DNA of 64,000 nucleotides from Candidatus Omnitrophota bacterium (GTDB lineage: Bacteria; Omnitrophota; Gorgyraeia; Zapsychrales; Fredricksoniimonadaceae). Numbering within the stretch: the stretch's first letter is position 1; the number at the start of each line of letters is the position of its first letter. The DNA lies in NCBI GenBank assembly GCA_903908245.1, contig CAIVRE010000007.1, positions 4,984 to 68,983 of the forward strand, given 5' to 3'. The translations under genes were made by a program, and so were the position numbers. Below, piece by piece: positions 28,700-41,200 of this stretch. Below the pieces are notes generated by a model that worked only from the letters and a program-made list of their open reading frames with translations, did no database searches and had not been told where the DNA came from.

Positions 28700-31600
28700 A
28701 TGTCCTTCGTCCATTTACACCTTCATACGCAATTCAGCCTTCTCGACGGGGCATGCCGCATCAAGGACCTGATGAAGCGGGCGGCGGAGCTGCAGATGCC
28801 GGCGGTCGCCATGACCGATCACGGCAATATGTTCGGCGCGCTTGACTTTTATGAGGAGGCAAAGGCCCAGGGGATAAAGCCGATCATCGGTTGCGAGGCT
28901 TATGTGGCCGCCGGAGGGCGGTTTGAAAAGACTTCGGGCGAACAGCGCGGTACGCATCACCTCGTTCTGCTGGCGAAAGACGCCGAGGGTTATGCCAACC
29001 TGATGAAGCTGGTCTCTATCGGGTTTCTCGAGGGGTTTTATTACAAGCCGCGGATCGACAAGGATGTCCTGGCCCGGCATGCCAAAGGGCTTATTGGTTT
29101 GTCGGCCTGTCTGAAGGGGGAGGTGGCTTCCCGCCTGTCTGCCGGGAAGTATGACGAGGCGCTGCGCGCTGCGGATGATTACCGCACCATTTTTGCTCCC
29201 GGAGATTTTTATCTCGAAGCGATGGAACACGGGATCCCCGAACAGAAGGCCGTGAATGAAGGCCTGCTTAAGTTGTCGCGGGACCTTGCTTTGCCGCTTG
29301 TTGCCACGAATGATGTGCATTATATCCTGCCTGAACATGCCGAGGCGCACGATACGTTGCTTTGTATCCAGACCCAGACCACGCTCTCTGATCCAAAACG
29401 GATGCGCATGAACTCGGACCAGTTCTTTTTAAAGACTGCCGAGCAAATGGCGCGTAATTTTTCCTGGGCGCCCGAGGCAATTGCCAATACGCTGGTGATC
29501 GCAGATAAATGCGATCTTAAGCTGAAATTCGGTGAGTATCATTTGCCGGAATATTCCGTTCCGTCAGGTGAGACCGATAAAACATATTTGCGCGGTCTTT
29601 GCCTTAAAGGCGCCGGGGAGCGTTATGGCGATACCCTGCCGCCGGCTGTTGTTGAAAAACTGGATTTTGAGCTTAAGACCATCGAGGAGCTCGGGTTCGT
29701 CGGGTATTTCCTGATCGTCTGGGATTTCGTGAATTATGCCAAGAGCCAGGGAATTCCCGTCGGGCCAGGACGCGGGTCGGCGGCCGGAAGCCTGGTCAGT
29801 TATTTGCTGGGCATTACGGACCTGGATCCGATCAAGTATTCGCTTTTTTTTGAACGGTTCCTTAATCCCAGCCGCAAAAGCATGCCGGATATCGATATCG
29901 ATTTCTGTTTCGAGCGGCGCGGGGAAGTGGTGGATTATGTGACGCGCAAATACGGACGTGATAGTGTGGCGCAGATCATTACGTTCGGGACCATGCAGGC
30001 TAAAGCCGTGGTACGGGATGTGGGCCGGGCGTTCGGCATTCCTTATTCGGACGTGGATCGTATTGCCAAGCTGATCCCCGAGCGGCTTATCGATGAGGAA
30101 GGGAATCCAAAACATATTACGATCGATCTGGCCCTGGATAATGAGCCGCAGTTGCGCGAGATACTGGCCAGTGACGCTACGGCCTGTAAATTGATGGATG
30201 TGGCGAGGGTCCTTGAAGGCTTGAGCCGTCATGCGTCTGTTCATGCGGCCGGCGTTGTTATTTCCGACAAACCGTTGGTGGAATATTGCCCTCTTTACAA
30301 GGCGGACGAGCAGATCACCACCGCGTTCACGATGAAAGGGGTGGAGAAGATCGGCTTGCTCAAGATGGATTTTCTGGGGCTCAAGACGCTCACTCTTATT
30401 GCCGATGCTTTACGGATCATCAAAGAGACGGCGGGTGTGGATATCGACATCCGCAAGATCCCCCTGGATGACAAGAAGGCGTACGCGCTTTTAAGCCGGG
30501 GGGAGAGCGCGGGCGTATTCCAGGTGGAAAGCGACGGGATGCGCAGCCTGCTGATCCGCAGCAAGCCGACGGAGTTTGAAGACATTATCTCGCTCTTGGC
30601 TTTGTACCGCCCGGGGCCAATGGGCAGTGGCATGCTCGATGACTTTGTGAAACGCAAGCGTGGCGAGGAGGAGGTGAAATACCTTCATCCGAAGCTTGAG
30701 CCGGTACTCAAGAATAGTTACGGGGTGGCGATCTATCAGGAGCAGGTCATGCAGATGGCGTGTATCCTGGCGGGTTTTACAATGGCCGAGGCGGATAATC
30801 TGCGCCGGGCCATGTCCAAGAAAAAGGTCGAGGAGATGAGCAAAATGCGCGACCTGTTCGTGCGGGGCGCCAAAACAACCAATGATATCAACCCGGAGGA
30901 GGCCAATCGCCTGTTCGACCTCATCGATAAATTCGCCGGGTACGGGTTCAACCGTTCTCATTCGGCAGCATATGCGGTGGTCACCTATCAGACAGCGTAT
31001 TTAAAGGCGAATTATCCCACTCAGTTCATGTGTGCGCTTTTGACCAACGAAAAAGACAATACCGACAAGCTGGTGGAATATGTTGACGCGGCCGAGGGCA
31101 TGGGCATTGATGTGCGCCCGCCGGATATTAACGAGAGCCGTACGGTCTTTAGTGTGGCGGGCCAGCGGAAGATCCGTTATGGCCTGCTGGGCGTGAAGAA
31201 TGTGGGAGGGGCGGCGATCGAAACAATGACCCGTGAGCGTAATGAGAACGGCCCTTTTAAATCGATCTTTGATTTTTGTAAACGCGTTGATCTTCGGACG
31301 AATAACCGGAAGGTCATCGAGTCGCTGATCAAATCTGGTGCTTTTGATTCGACCGGGGCCAGGCGTTCGCAGATGCTGGCGGTGCTGGACCAGGCCTTGA
31401 ATCTGGGGACCAGCAAGCAAAAGGAACAGTCGGTCGGCCAATTCTCGTTCTTTTCAATGGGGGAGGACTCCGGAGGTTTTACCAGGGAAAACGAGATCCT
31501 CCCCGAGATACCGGAACTTGCTTTGCCACAACTGCTTGCATTCGAGAAAGAACTTCTCGGTTTTTATTTAAGTGGCCATCCTTTGGACCGGTACAAGGTT

Positions 31601-32152
31601 GAAATGCGTACTTTTACCAATGCCAATTCCCAGAAGTTGCCGGGAATGAAACAGGATAGCGGGGTGGTTCTGATCGGCATGATCATTGATGTGCGTGCCA
31701 CGGTCACGAAAAAGGATGGTCGTCGTATGGCGATCGTACGCCTGGAAGACCTTTATGGCAGGATCGAGGCGGTGGTGTTCCCGGATGCTTTTGAGCGGGT
31801 GGCGGGTAATATCAGGGACGGAGCGGTGGTGCTGATCAAAGGCAAGGTCAGCATCCGCGATTCAGGCGTGAACGTGATGGTCGATGATCTTCAGGATATC
31901 GGTGCTATTTATAATGCGGTCCGTACTATCCGTATTGATATGACCAAGACGGATCCTGCCCGGCTTAAGCTGATCAAGCAAAAATTGGAGCGGTTCCCTG
32001 GTAAAGTACCTGTCCACCTGCAGATCGACACGAAGAATTTCCGCAGTGTCGAGATCAAGGTGGGCAGTCAGCTGCATGTATCTCCCAGTGAAGTCCTGAT
32101 GGAAGAGATCAAGAGGATCGTTGGGGAAGAAGCGTTCAAATTCATTGTTTAA
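28700..32152 (+). CDS. dnaE: DNA polymerase III alpha subunit
   Basis: HLHLHTQFSLLDG PHP domain, GPGRGSAAGS, PDIDIDF, YGFN.SH, OB domain; normal length, no intein. Confidence 0.98.
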   Translation: MSFVHLHLHTQFSLLDGACRIKDLMKRAAELQMPAVAMTDHGNMFGALDFYEEAKAQGIKPIIGCEAYVAAGGRFEKTSGEQRGTHHLVLLAKDAEGYANLMKLVSIGFLEGFYYKPRIDKDVLARHAKGLIGLSACLKGEVASRLSAGKYDEALRAADDYRTIFAPGDFYLEAMEHGIPEQKAVNEGLLKLSRDLALPLVATNDVHYILPEHAEAHDTLLCIQTQTTLSDPKRMRMNSDQFFLKTAEQMARNFSWAPEAIANTLVIADKCDLKLKFGEYHLPEYSVPSGETDKTYLRGLCLKGAGERYGDTLPPAVVEKLDFELKTIEELGFVGYFLIVWDFVNYAKSQGIPVGPGRGSAAGSLVSYLLGITDLDPIKYSLFFERFLNPSRKSMPDIDIDFCFERRGEVVDYVTRKYGRDSVAQIITFGTMQAKAVVRDVGRAFGIPYSDVDRIAKLIPERLIDEEGNPKHITIDLALDNEPQLREILASDATACKLMDVARVLEGLSRHASVHAAGVVISDKPLVEYCPLYKADEQITTAFTMKGVEKIGLLKMDFLGLKTLTLIADALRIIKETAGVDIDIRKIPLDDKKAYALLSRGESAGVFQVESDGMRSLLIRSKPTEFEDIISLLALYRPGPMGSGMLDDFVKRKRGEEEVKYLHPKLEPVLKNSYGVAIYQEQVMQMACILAGFTMAEADNLRRAMSKKKVEEMSKMRDLFVRGAKTTNDINPEEANRLFDLIDKFAGYGFNRSHSAAYAVVTYQTAYLKANYPTQFMCALLTNEKDNTDKLVEYVDAAEGMGIDVRPPDINESRTVFSVAGQRKIRYGLLGVKNVGGAAIETMTRERNENGPFKSIFDFCKRVDLRTNNRKVIESLIKSGAFDSTGARRSQMLAVLDQALNLGTSKQKEQSVGQFSFFSMGEDSGGFTRENEILPEIPELALPQLLAFEKELLGFYLSGHPLDRYKVEMRTFTNANSQKLPGMKQDSGVVLIGMIIDVRATVTKKDGRRMAIVRLEDLYGRIEAVVFPDAFERVAGNIRDGAVVLIKGKVSIRDSGVNVMVDDLQDIGAIYNAVRTIRIDMTKTDPARLKLIKQKLERFPGKVPVHLQIDTKNFRSVEIKVGSQLHVSPSEVLMEEIKRIVGEEAFKFIV

Positions 32153-32257
32153 GACCCGTCCAATAAATATTTCAATAAATCATTCTTTAAATAATCCTGT
32201 TTGTTAAGATTAATTTGGTAACTACTATCAAACAATCTTAATTAATGTTGATTTAAA

Positions 32258-35200
32258 ATGCCTCAGGGGTCTTTCATTAAAAACTTCGGGCAATCCGCGG
32301 CGAACTTTTTCTTTTTCACCGGGGCTTTCTTTCTGGTCGTTTTCGCGGCCTGGGGGGCGGGTATCACTGTTCCCCAGAATTCCCAGTTAAAACTCAATAC
32401 CGGCAAACTGAACCTCAAGCTTGATAATAATTCCGGTCACGTGAATAACGCCGGGGTCATTCAGATGACGACCGGCGAGATCAAGCTTAACGGCAACTGG
32501 ACAACGACTACTGCCTCAGGATACATTTTAGGCGGTTCGGGGACGGTTGAGTTCGCGGCGGACGCTGGCACCCAGTATATTGTGCCGGGGGCGAACAGCA
32601 ATGACACGTTCGGCGATGTGGTCCACAGTGGGTCGGCCGCGGTCGAGCTGGTCGCCCATCCGATCAAGATCGGCGGGAGTTTTAATAACAACGTCGGGAC
32701 ATTTAAAACTAACAATCTTAATATGACGGTGGGAAGGGATTGGAATAATCCGGCATTCCCGGCGTTCATTTCCGGGTCTGCCACTGTTAACCTGGATGGC
32801 GGGGACCAGGTGATCTCCGGGAGCACGACATTTAACAATCTTACCAAGGTCCTGACTGCGGCCGGAAATCATTCCCTGACTTTTCCTTCCGGCAAGGAAC
32901 AGAAGGTTTCGCGTCTTTTGACCCTGCGGGGGTTCGGCGGTACGGGGAAACTGTTCCTGGGGAGCAGTACCAATACCACACAGGCTTTTCTGACACTGCA
33001 GAATAGCGGGGTCCAGGATATTCATACGGTGCATGTCCGGGATAATAATGCCGGCAATGGGCTTGTGCTGGTGGCGCGCGGGGTGGATTCCAGCGACTTG
33101 GGGAATAATTTCCATTGGTTGTTCGGTGCTGTCACGGTCAAATGGGACGGATCCGAGGACAATGACTGGAACAATCCGTTCAACTGGGATGTTGGCCTGG
33201 TGCCGGGGGAGCTTGATACCGCGATCATTCGTGTCTTCGACGAGGATACAGGGTTGCCTATTGTGCGGGAGCCGGTATTGAGCGGGGGGATCTCGCCTGT
33301 CACGGGGCTTGCGATCACGAACCGTGTCGGGAATTTGATCATCCGTCCAGGGGCGACATTAAAACTGGATGGACGGGATATGACCATTGATGGCGGGTTT
33401 ACCAATGATGGTACGGTCATTCTTGACGGCATGGTCATGGTTGGCGGGGTCAGGACGGAAACGTTGACGGCCGGCAGCATGGTCGATAACGGGACGTTCA
33501 TGTATTACGGCCGGCCTGGCATGAAATCCACGATCGATCTGACCCAGAGCTTTCTGATCGGCGGGAATTATCTGACCACATTCAACAATCTGGTGATCAA
33601 TGAACAGGTTTCGGGTCCTTTTGAATCCGATACTTTTGTAACAGGCGTTCCGCTCACGATCAGTCATGCGATGACGCTTGATGCGGGTGCGTTCACGATC
33701 GGTCCCGGGTCCACGCTTTTTGTCCAGGGCAGTTTAACGGCGAATGGCGGCACTTTTACGATCAGTGAGGCTGTCAGTGTCACGGGTGATACGAATATTT
33801 CCGGGGCATCGGTGGTGATAGCCAGCAATACAGCCACGTTGACGGACCTTCGGGACCTGAATGTTTCCTCCGGCACGCTCAATGCCCTGCAGGGTAATAT
33901 CCGTGCGAACAGTGTGAATATATCCGGTGGTACACTCCTGGCTCCGGGGCCGGGACAAAGCTTTGCCATCTCCGCGGACTTTACGCATTTGCCGGCCGGG
34001 ATTTTTACGCACGACAATGGGACCGTTACTTTTGACGCTTTGTCTAATGCTGCGAACACCGATCAGGTTATTTCCGGGGATACATCTTTTTATGATTTCG
34101 TCAAGCAAGTCCCGGATGCGGCATTCGTCGGCCAGACGCAGAGGCTGACTTTGGCTGAAACTTCCACACAAACGGTGGGGAATTATCTGACATTGACGGG
34201 AGGGGTGGATCTGCTTCTGATCCGCAGTACGACCACGACCGGCGTGGCGGGGAATTTGAAACTTGTCACCAACGCGGGGCAGACCATTAGGAATGTCGAT
34301 GTGGAGAATAACGCCGCCACGGGCCTGACCCTGGTTGGCCGCGGCTTGTCCAGGAGGACAGGGAACAATACCCCGAACTGGGAATTCGGGTCGGCCACGA
34401 TCACCTGGGATGGTTCCGAGTCGACGGATTGGAATGAGCAGCGTAACTGGAACCTGGGCATTATCCCTCTTCCGAACGATAATGTGGTTGTGACCAACGG
34501 CGCGACCGTTGATTTCCAGCCGGTATTATCCAGTGATGTGACCGTGGGTGAGCTCACCCTGTTCGTGCCATCCGCGACTTTGCACCTTGCGGGGTTCAAC
34601 ATGACGGTTCACAATACGATCACGTCTTCCGGGACCCTTTCCAATGAGGGGGTTATTTTCCTGCGCGGCACAGAGCGTGTGAGCATTGATACTCCGGATA
34701 CGGATTCCGGGATGTTTGTTTACCAGGGAGATAATAACCCTGGTGTAAAACAGATCACGGTTTTGGGCCCGAATACTTTTTATAATCTGAAGATCAATGA
34801 CCTCAATGGCAATCCTTCCAATTTCACGCTTACGACCGATATGACCATTCATGGTTCTTTGACGGTCGATGGCGGAACGATGACTTCGAGTGGTTATAGC
34901 ATTGATCTGGGCGGGAGTTTTGTTCTGTCGAGCGGGACGTTCATGGCGCCGGGGACCGGAAAAACGTTGTTTGTCGGCGGGAATTTCACTCATACGGGGG
35001 GTGCCTTTATCCATAATGACGGGACCGTGGTGTTTGATGCCCCGGCCAGTGTTCCGTTGAACGACCAGGTTATTTCTGGGGACACGAGTTTCTTCGAGTT
35101 CATCAAGCAGGTCCCGGTGACGGCCGCGCCGCTGCAGCAGCTGACCTTTGCCGATGCTTCGCTCCAGTCGGTGCTTGGGAAGCTTGTCCTCCAGGGGGCA

Positions 35201-38200
35201 TCCCTGGCTAATCCTTTGCTTATCCGGTCAAGCCTTGCGGGAACGGCGGCTTATTTGAAACTTGAGGTCGGCGGGCGTCAGACCATTTCGGCGGTCGATG
35301 TCAAGGATTCAAATGCTTCCGGGGTTACCCTCGTGGCCCGGAATTCTCCGGACCATTTCGATATCCCTCCCAGTAATTTTTACAATAACACGAACTGGGT
35401 TTTCGGGGTCCCGGTCATAAGATGGGACGGTTCCGCGTCCACTGATTGGGGGGATCCGCTCAACTGGAACCTCGGGATTGTCCCGATCTCCGGGGATGCT
35501 GTGGTCATCCGGTCGATCGACCCTCTGAGCATTCCACCTGGTCAGCAGATCATGAATCAACCGCAACTGACCGCCTTGTCGGGGGCGGTCTCTCCAGGAA
35601 GTATGACGCTTGATTCCGGGACGACATTGACCCTTAACGGCTTCGGCCTTACGGTCCAGGACACGTTGACGAATAATGGCAATATCATTGCGCAGGGAGG
35701 GGAGCCTATTGCGATCCATTTTCCTGATACGCAGCACGGCACATTTACCTATACAGGCGTGCCCGGCGGAACGGTTGCGCTGAATAAATTCGACCCCGCC
35801 CATACGGCTATTGAGTATTATAACCTGGTCCTGACGGATAACGGAGTTGCCAATTTGTTCCAGAGCCAGGGCGATGTCCATGTTTTCGGCAATCTGACCG
35901 TGTCTTCCGGAAGCCTGGATGTATCGACCGGCAGCGATTCGTTAAAGATCGACGGGAACATGCTGATCGCTTCCGGCACGACCGTGAACGCTTTGAACGG
36001 CGCGATTGATCTGCAGGGCTCGGTCAGTATTAATGGCCGTCTTTCAGCGCCGATCACCAATCATTCGTTCACTGTCGGAGGCAGCTGGTCGCTTGACCCT
36101 GTGACCGGGATATTCGAGCACAATTCCGGGCGGGTGACGTTTGATACATCCAATGCCACGACACTGACGGGGAACACGGTGTTCTTCGACCTGGCGATCG
36201 AATCCAATAGCGGTAAAAAGGTATTTTTCCAGGCGGGGAGTACCCAGACCATCCTTGACTCGCTGGGTATGGTAGGCGGAGGGGCGGGCAAGATCATTCT
36301 GCGTTCGACCCAGGAAGGGACGCAATGGACCCTTCTGCTGAGTTATATCAATAATGCCGATGCAACGATCATCCCCAATACTCTTGTCCGGTTCGTGGAT
36401 GTCAAGGATTCGATCGCGACAGGCCCATTAGGGCTGGCCGTCAGGCCGACCTATATTACGGCGATCAATTCCATTGATCAGCCGTCGGTCCTTCCGAATC
36501 AGGGGTGGAAGTTCATGCAATTGACCTTGATCGCTCCGGTGGATGAGCGTGTGGTGGGGGTGAGGCCGGTCCTGATCGGCCAGGCTTTCCCGGAAGAGGC
36601 ATATACGGTGAAGGATAAAGGAGGGGTTGTGGTGGCGTCCGGGACGGCGGATAGCCACGGGTATTTCCGGACGGAATTGACCGCGGACCTGCCTCTGGGA
36701 GCAAATCAGTTAACGCCTTATTATTTGAGCGTCCCCGGCATTTCCAGTGACCTGACAATCGACGCGGCCCCTGTCCCTGCCCAGGTGCCGGTGATCACCA
36801 GTCCTTCGGTATCTGTCCGTTTGAGCGGTAACCGTCCGACGTTCACCGGGGTGGCCAAGCCCAATACTTTGGTGTATGTGGTCGCCAACAATTATACGAT
36901 CTCCAATAACAACACGATCGACATGCCGTTAACCCTTCCGCTGGAGAGTGCCGCGGGCGTCGGCATGTCGGATGCGGCAGGGAACTTTTCGATCCAGTTG
37001 ACAACAGCATTGAAGCGCGGACAGAATACGATCTCGGTGGTGGCGGACGGTGTTTCCAGTGCGATAAATACGTATTCCTTGAATGATATTTACGGGTATC
37101 TTTTTGATTCCGCGACGAACAATACCATTCGCGGGGCCAGGGTGTATCTGTATAAACTCGATGGTAACGGCCAGAGGATCCCGGTCGTCAGGGGGCTTGA
37201 TATTGCTCTTCTTGAAGCGGACCAGCCTAACCCGGTCCTGACCAATGACGCCGGTCTTTTTGAGATCCGGGTGATCAATTTTGACCCGACGGTCCGGTAT
37301 GTGCTTGATGTGCAGGAGCTTGGCTACACCTTTCCGACAGCGATCAAGGACAATAGCCTGCTTCCGGCTGGCCGCCTGATCATAACGGGATCGCGTGGAG
37401 AGGCTTTTTCATTGCTGACGGATTCTGTGCGGCTTGACCTGCCGGTTGATGCCAATCAGTTCCTGTTCAAGGTTACCAAAGATGCCAACAAGGCGGAAGC
37501 CAGGATCGGTGAGGTCGTGACCTATACCGTAACCATTGAGAACCTGTCGGATCAGAATACGGTCCTGGAGACCCGGCTGAATGATATTATTCCGCCCGGG
37601 TTCAAGTATATGAGCGGCCGTGTTCATTTTGTTGACGGAACGCCGATCGAGGCGTCCGGTGCCCGTCCGGTCGTCTTTAAGGTCGGGGCATTTACTGCAC
37701 GCCAGATCAAGGCCATGAAATATCAGCTGGTCATCGGCGCGGGTGTCGCTCCGGGTGATTATGAGAACACCGCGTTCATGAAATATGACAATGGTTCGCT
37801 GATCTCCAATCGTGCGCATCAGACCGTCAAGGTTGTCATGGATCCCTTATTTGATGCGGGGACCGTGTTCGGAAAGGTTTTCTGGGACCTTAACGAGAAC
37901 GGCCGTCAGGATGCGCCGGAATATGATTATGAAAATCGCCAGGAGATCATTGAAGGCCCGGTGCCCAACGTGCATATCGTGATGGAGGATGGCACCAGTA
38001 TCGCGGCGGATAAGAACGGGCAGTTCCATGTCCCGGCCCTGTTGCCCGGGCGGCATGTGATCATGGTCGATCAGCGCAGCCTGCCGAAGGGCGCTTTTCT
38101 GACGACGGATAAAGCCTTGGTCATCGATGTCACGGCCGGCATGGTGGTCAAGGCGAATTTCGGCGTGAATATGGGCAATGGCCAGATCGTCGGGGAAGAC

Positions 38201-41200
38201 GTGCGCTTCTTTGACAAGAACCTTAAGGTCGATCAGACCCCCGACCATCTGACGCCGTTGCTCAATGTGGATATGTTCGAGCGGGAGCTGTGGCTGCATC
38301 TGGACACCATTATCAAGCCGGTGGAATTGCGGATGTTCATGAATTACGCTCCGTTCATTTCCTCCTGGAAACTGGATATCGTTGACAAACAGACCAAGAA
38401 GCTTGTCAGGGAGTTCAACGGGACGCGTTATAATATCAATGATCCTGTTTTCTGGGATGGGCGCGACCTTTCCGGACGGTTTGTCCGTATTGATCGTAAT
38501 TATACATATTTACTGAAAGTCCAGGATAGCAAGGGCGTTTGGGATGAGACGAAAGAAAAAGATATCGCGTTACGTGTATTGACCGACATTGAATTTGAGG
38601 CCCTTTCCAAAAAGACGGAGGAAGAAAAGACAAAAGAGTCCGAGGCCCGTGACAAGGAATATCGCGCCTGGCAGTTGGCCCAGGGATCGGCGGATCATAC
38701 GAGCCAGCGCAATATTTTTGTCCGGGGTGAAACGCTGACCATTGACCCCGAGGAGACGGATATCCGTCAGGTCCGGGTGCTCAAGAATGGCGAGTTGTTT
38801 ATTGATCTTCCGGTGCCCGAACGGCAGGCATTGACCGCCCGCGGGCTTTTGAGCGGGGAGGCGGTCCAGTCCCGGCCGGTGCAGGTTATTCTTCCGGATG
38901 GAGATTATGAGCTGGAGGTTGTCAGTGCGGACACGGGCGAGGTCGCGGCCGTAGCCGCAGGGGGCGGCCGGGTCAGTCCTGTCAAGGGGACTTCCGCGCC
39001 GGACACCTCCTCGCTGGCATCTGCTTCAGGCGTGCCGGCGCTGGATGGGAACGCCTCTTCCAGGAATAACAAGGTGTCGCAGTACCGCCGGCCGATCAAG
39101 GTGGGCGATGATTATATGACCTTCGTGGCGATGGGAGACGGGAAGGTCGGCTATAACGTCGACCGGGGCAATATTGAGCCGGTCCAGTCGGTGGATAAAT
39201 TTCGGCCCGGGTTCTATCGTGAAGGGAAGATGGCTTATTATTTGAAGGGCAAGGTCAAGGGGAAATATCTTCTGACATCGAGCTTTGATACCGAGCGTAG
39301 ACAGAAGGAAATGTTCCGTTCGATCAAGCCGGACCAGTATTATCCGGTCTATGGAGATTCTTCGACCGTGAATTATGACGCCACCAATACGCAGGGGAAT
39401 CTTTATCTGATGCTTGAGTGGGACAAGTCGCAGGCGGTCTGGGGGAATTATGCGGTTGATTTCAATGATACCGAATTCGCCAAGTACAGCCGCACACTCT
39501 ACGGCGGAAAAGTGGATTATACCAGTGTTGCGAATAATCCCTACGGCGATGCCAAGACCCGCGTGGCGACGTTCCATGCCGAGGTCCGGCAGCGTTCGGC
39601 GCATAACGAGTTCCTGGGGACGGGCGGTTCTCTGTATTACCTGAAACATCAGGGAGTGGTCGTTGGAACGGCAAAGGTCCGACTGGAAGTGCGTGATGCG
39701 GTGACCGGCTTGGTCCGCAGCACGACCGAGATGAAGGATGGTGTTGATTACGATATTGATAACAGCCAGGGCCGCATCCTTTTTTGGCAGCCGGTGGCAA
39801 TGTCGGCGGATTCGGGCAGGATCATTTCGAATCAGCTGCTCAAGGGAGACCCGGTATATGTGGTGACGGATTACGAGTATGAGGTGAAGGACAAGATGCA
39901 GGAAGCGACCCAGGGCGTGCGCGTGGCGCAGGCGGTGGGCGAGAATGTGGTCGTGGGCGGCACCTATGTGACCGAGACCCAGGCGGGAGGGAATTATCAG
40001 TTAAAGGGCGAGGATATTACGGTCCATGTCGGGAAAGATACAAAGATCAAGGCGGAATACGCCGCCACGCAATCCCAGGACAGTTCCAGTTACGTCTCGA
40101 CCGACGGAGGTATTACGTTCAGTGACCTTGTGGTGGGCAATCTTTCCTCGGGAAAAGCCTACGGCATGAGCCAGGACAGCCGCCTCTTCGACCGGCTGGG
40201 GCTCAAGAGTTATTATAAATGGATCGAGAACAATTTTGCGACCGCGTCAACATCTTCCCAGCAGGGCAAGGCGATGTCGGGCCTGGGGATGACGTTCGAC
40301 CTGACGCCGGTCACACGCCTTACGGCGAGCTATGACGTGCAGAAGTTGATCCAGCAGGGCAATTTGCAGACCACCATGCAGGTTGGCGCGCAGGAAACGG
40401 CAACGACCGTGCTGCAGTTGGCCCACGATGCCCGCCGGCTGCGGATCACCAGTGAATACCGCCGTCAGGAAGTGACCAACAAGGACGATCGTTATGTGTC
40501 CGAAAGCAACCAGGTCCAGAATACATTTGCCTTGCAGGCTGAGTACGACCTTGATGAAAAGACGAAGCTGACATCCAAATATCAGGTTGATCCGACGGGG
40601 AAGGCCTCCAAGGCAGGGGAGATCACGACAGGGATCACCCGGCAGCTGACGGACAAGTTGTCGGCTACGGTGGCGGAGGCTTTTGGTACGGCCGGCAATT
40701 CTACCAAGATCGGCGCGACGCTTAATGTGACCCCGAAGATCGCGACGACCGTTGAGGAATCTTTTGGCACGGCGGGCAAGACCTCCAGGGTAGGGGCGGT
40801 TGCGAATATTACGCCGAATATGGCGTTGACGACGGATTATCAGACGGCGCAGGCGGCTGGCGGGGTTACGACCCAGACGCGGACAACGTCCCTTGTTGGC
40901 AAAGAGCAGATCGGTGCCAAGACCAATATCCAGACCAATTACAGCATGGTACAGGCCGACAACGGGCCGACAAAGACGGTCGTCGGGGTGAATGCCGACT
41001 CGGAGGTGAAGCTTGATGACGCGATATTGAAGGCCGGTGTCAAGGTCCAGGCGGATGACAAGACGGTGTCGGTCCTGAGCCAGGGGGCCGGGATCGATGC
41101 GTCCAAGACGGACAAGGCGGGGCATACGACGACAAGCTCCGTTAAGGTGGATGAAACGCCCGCAGCGGGCAAGACAACCACGGTCACGCTTGGGGATAAG

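Noticed and set aside
28594-28845. Short ORFs reading RGDPLGRP/RATQRVAPT
   Set aside because: These are translations of the REP doublet, not real genes
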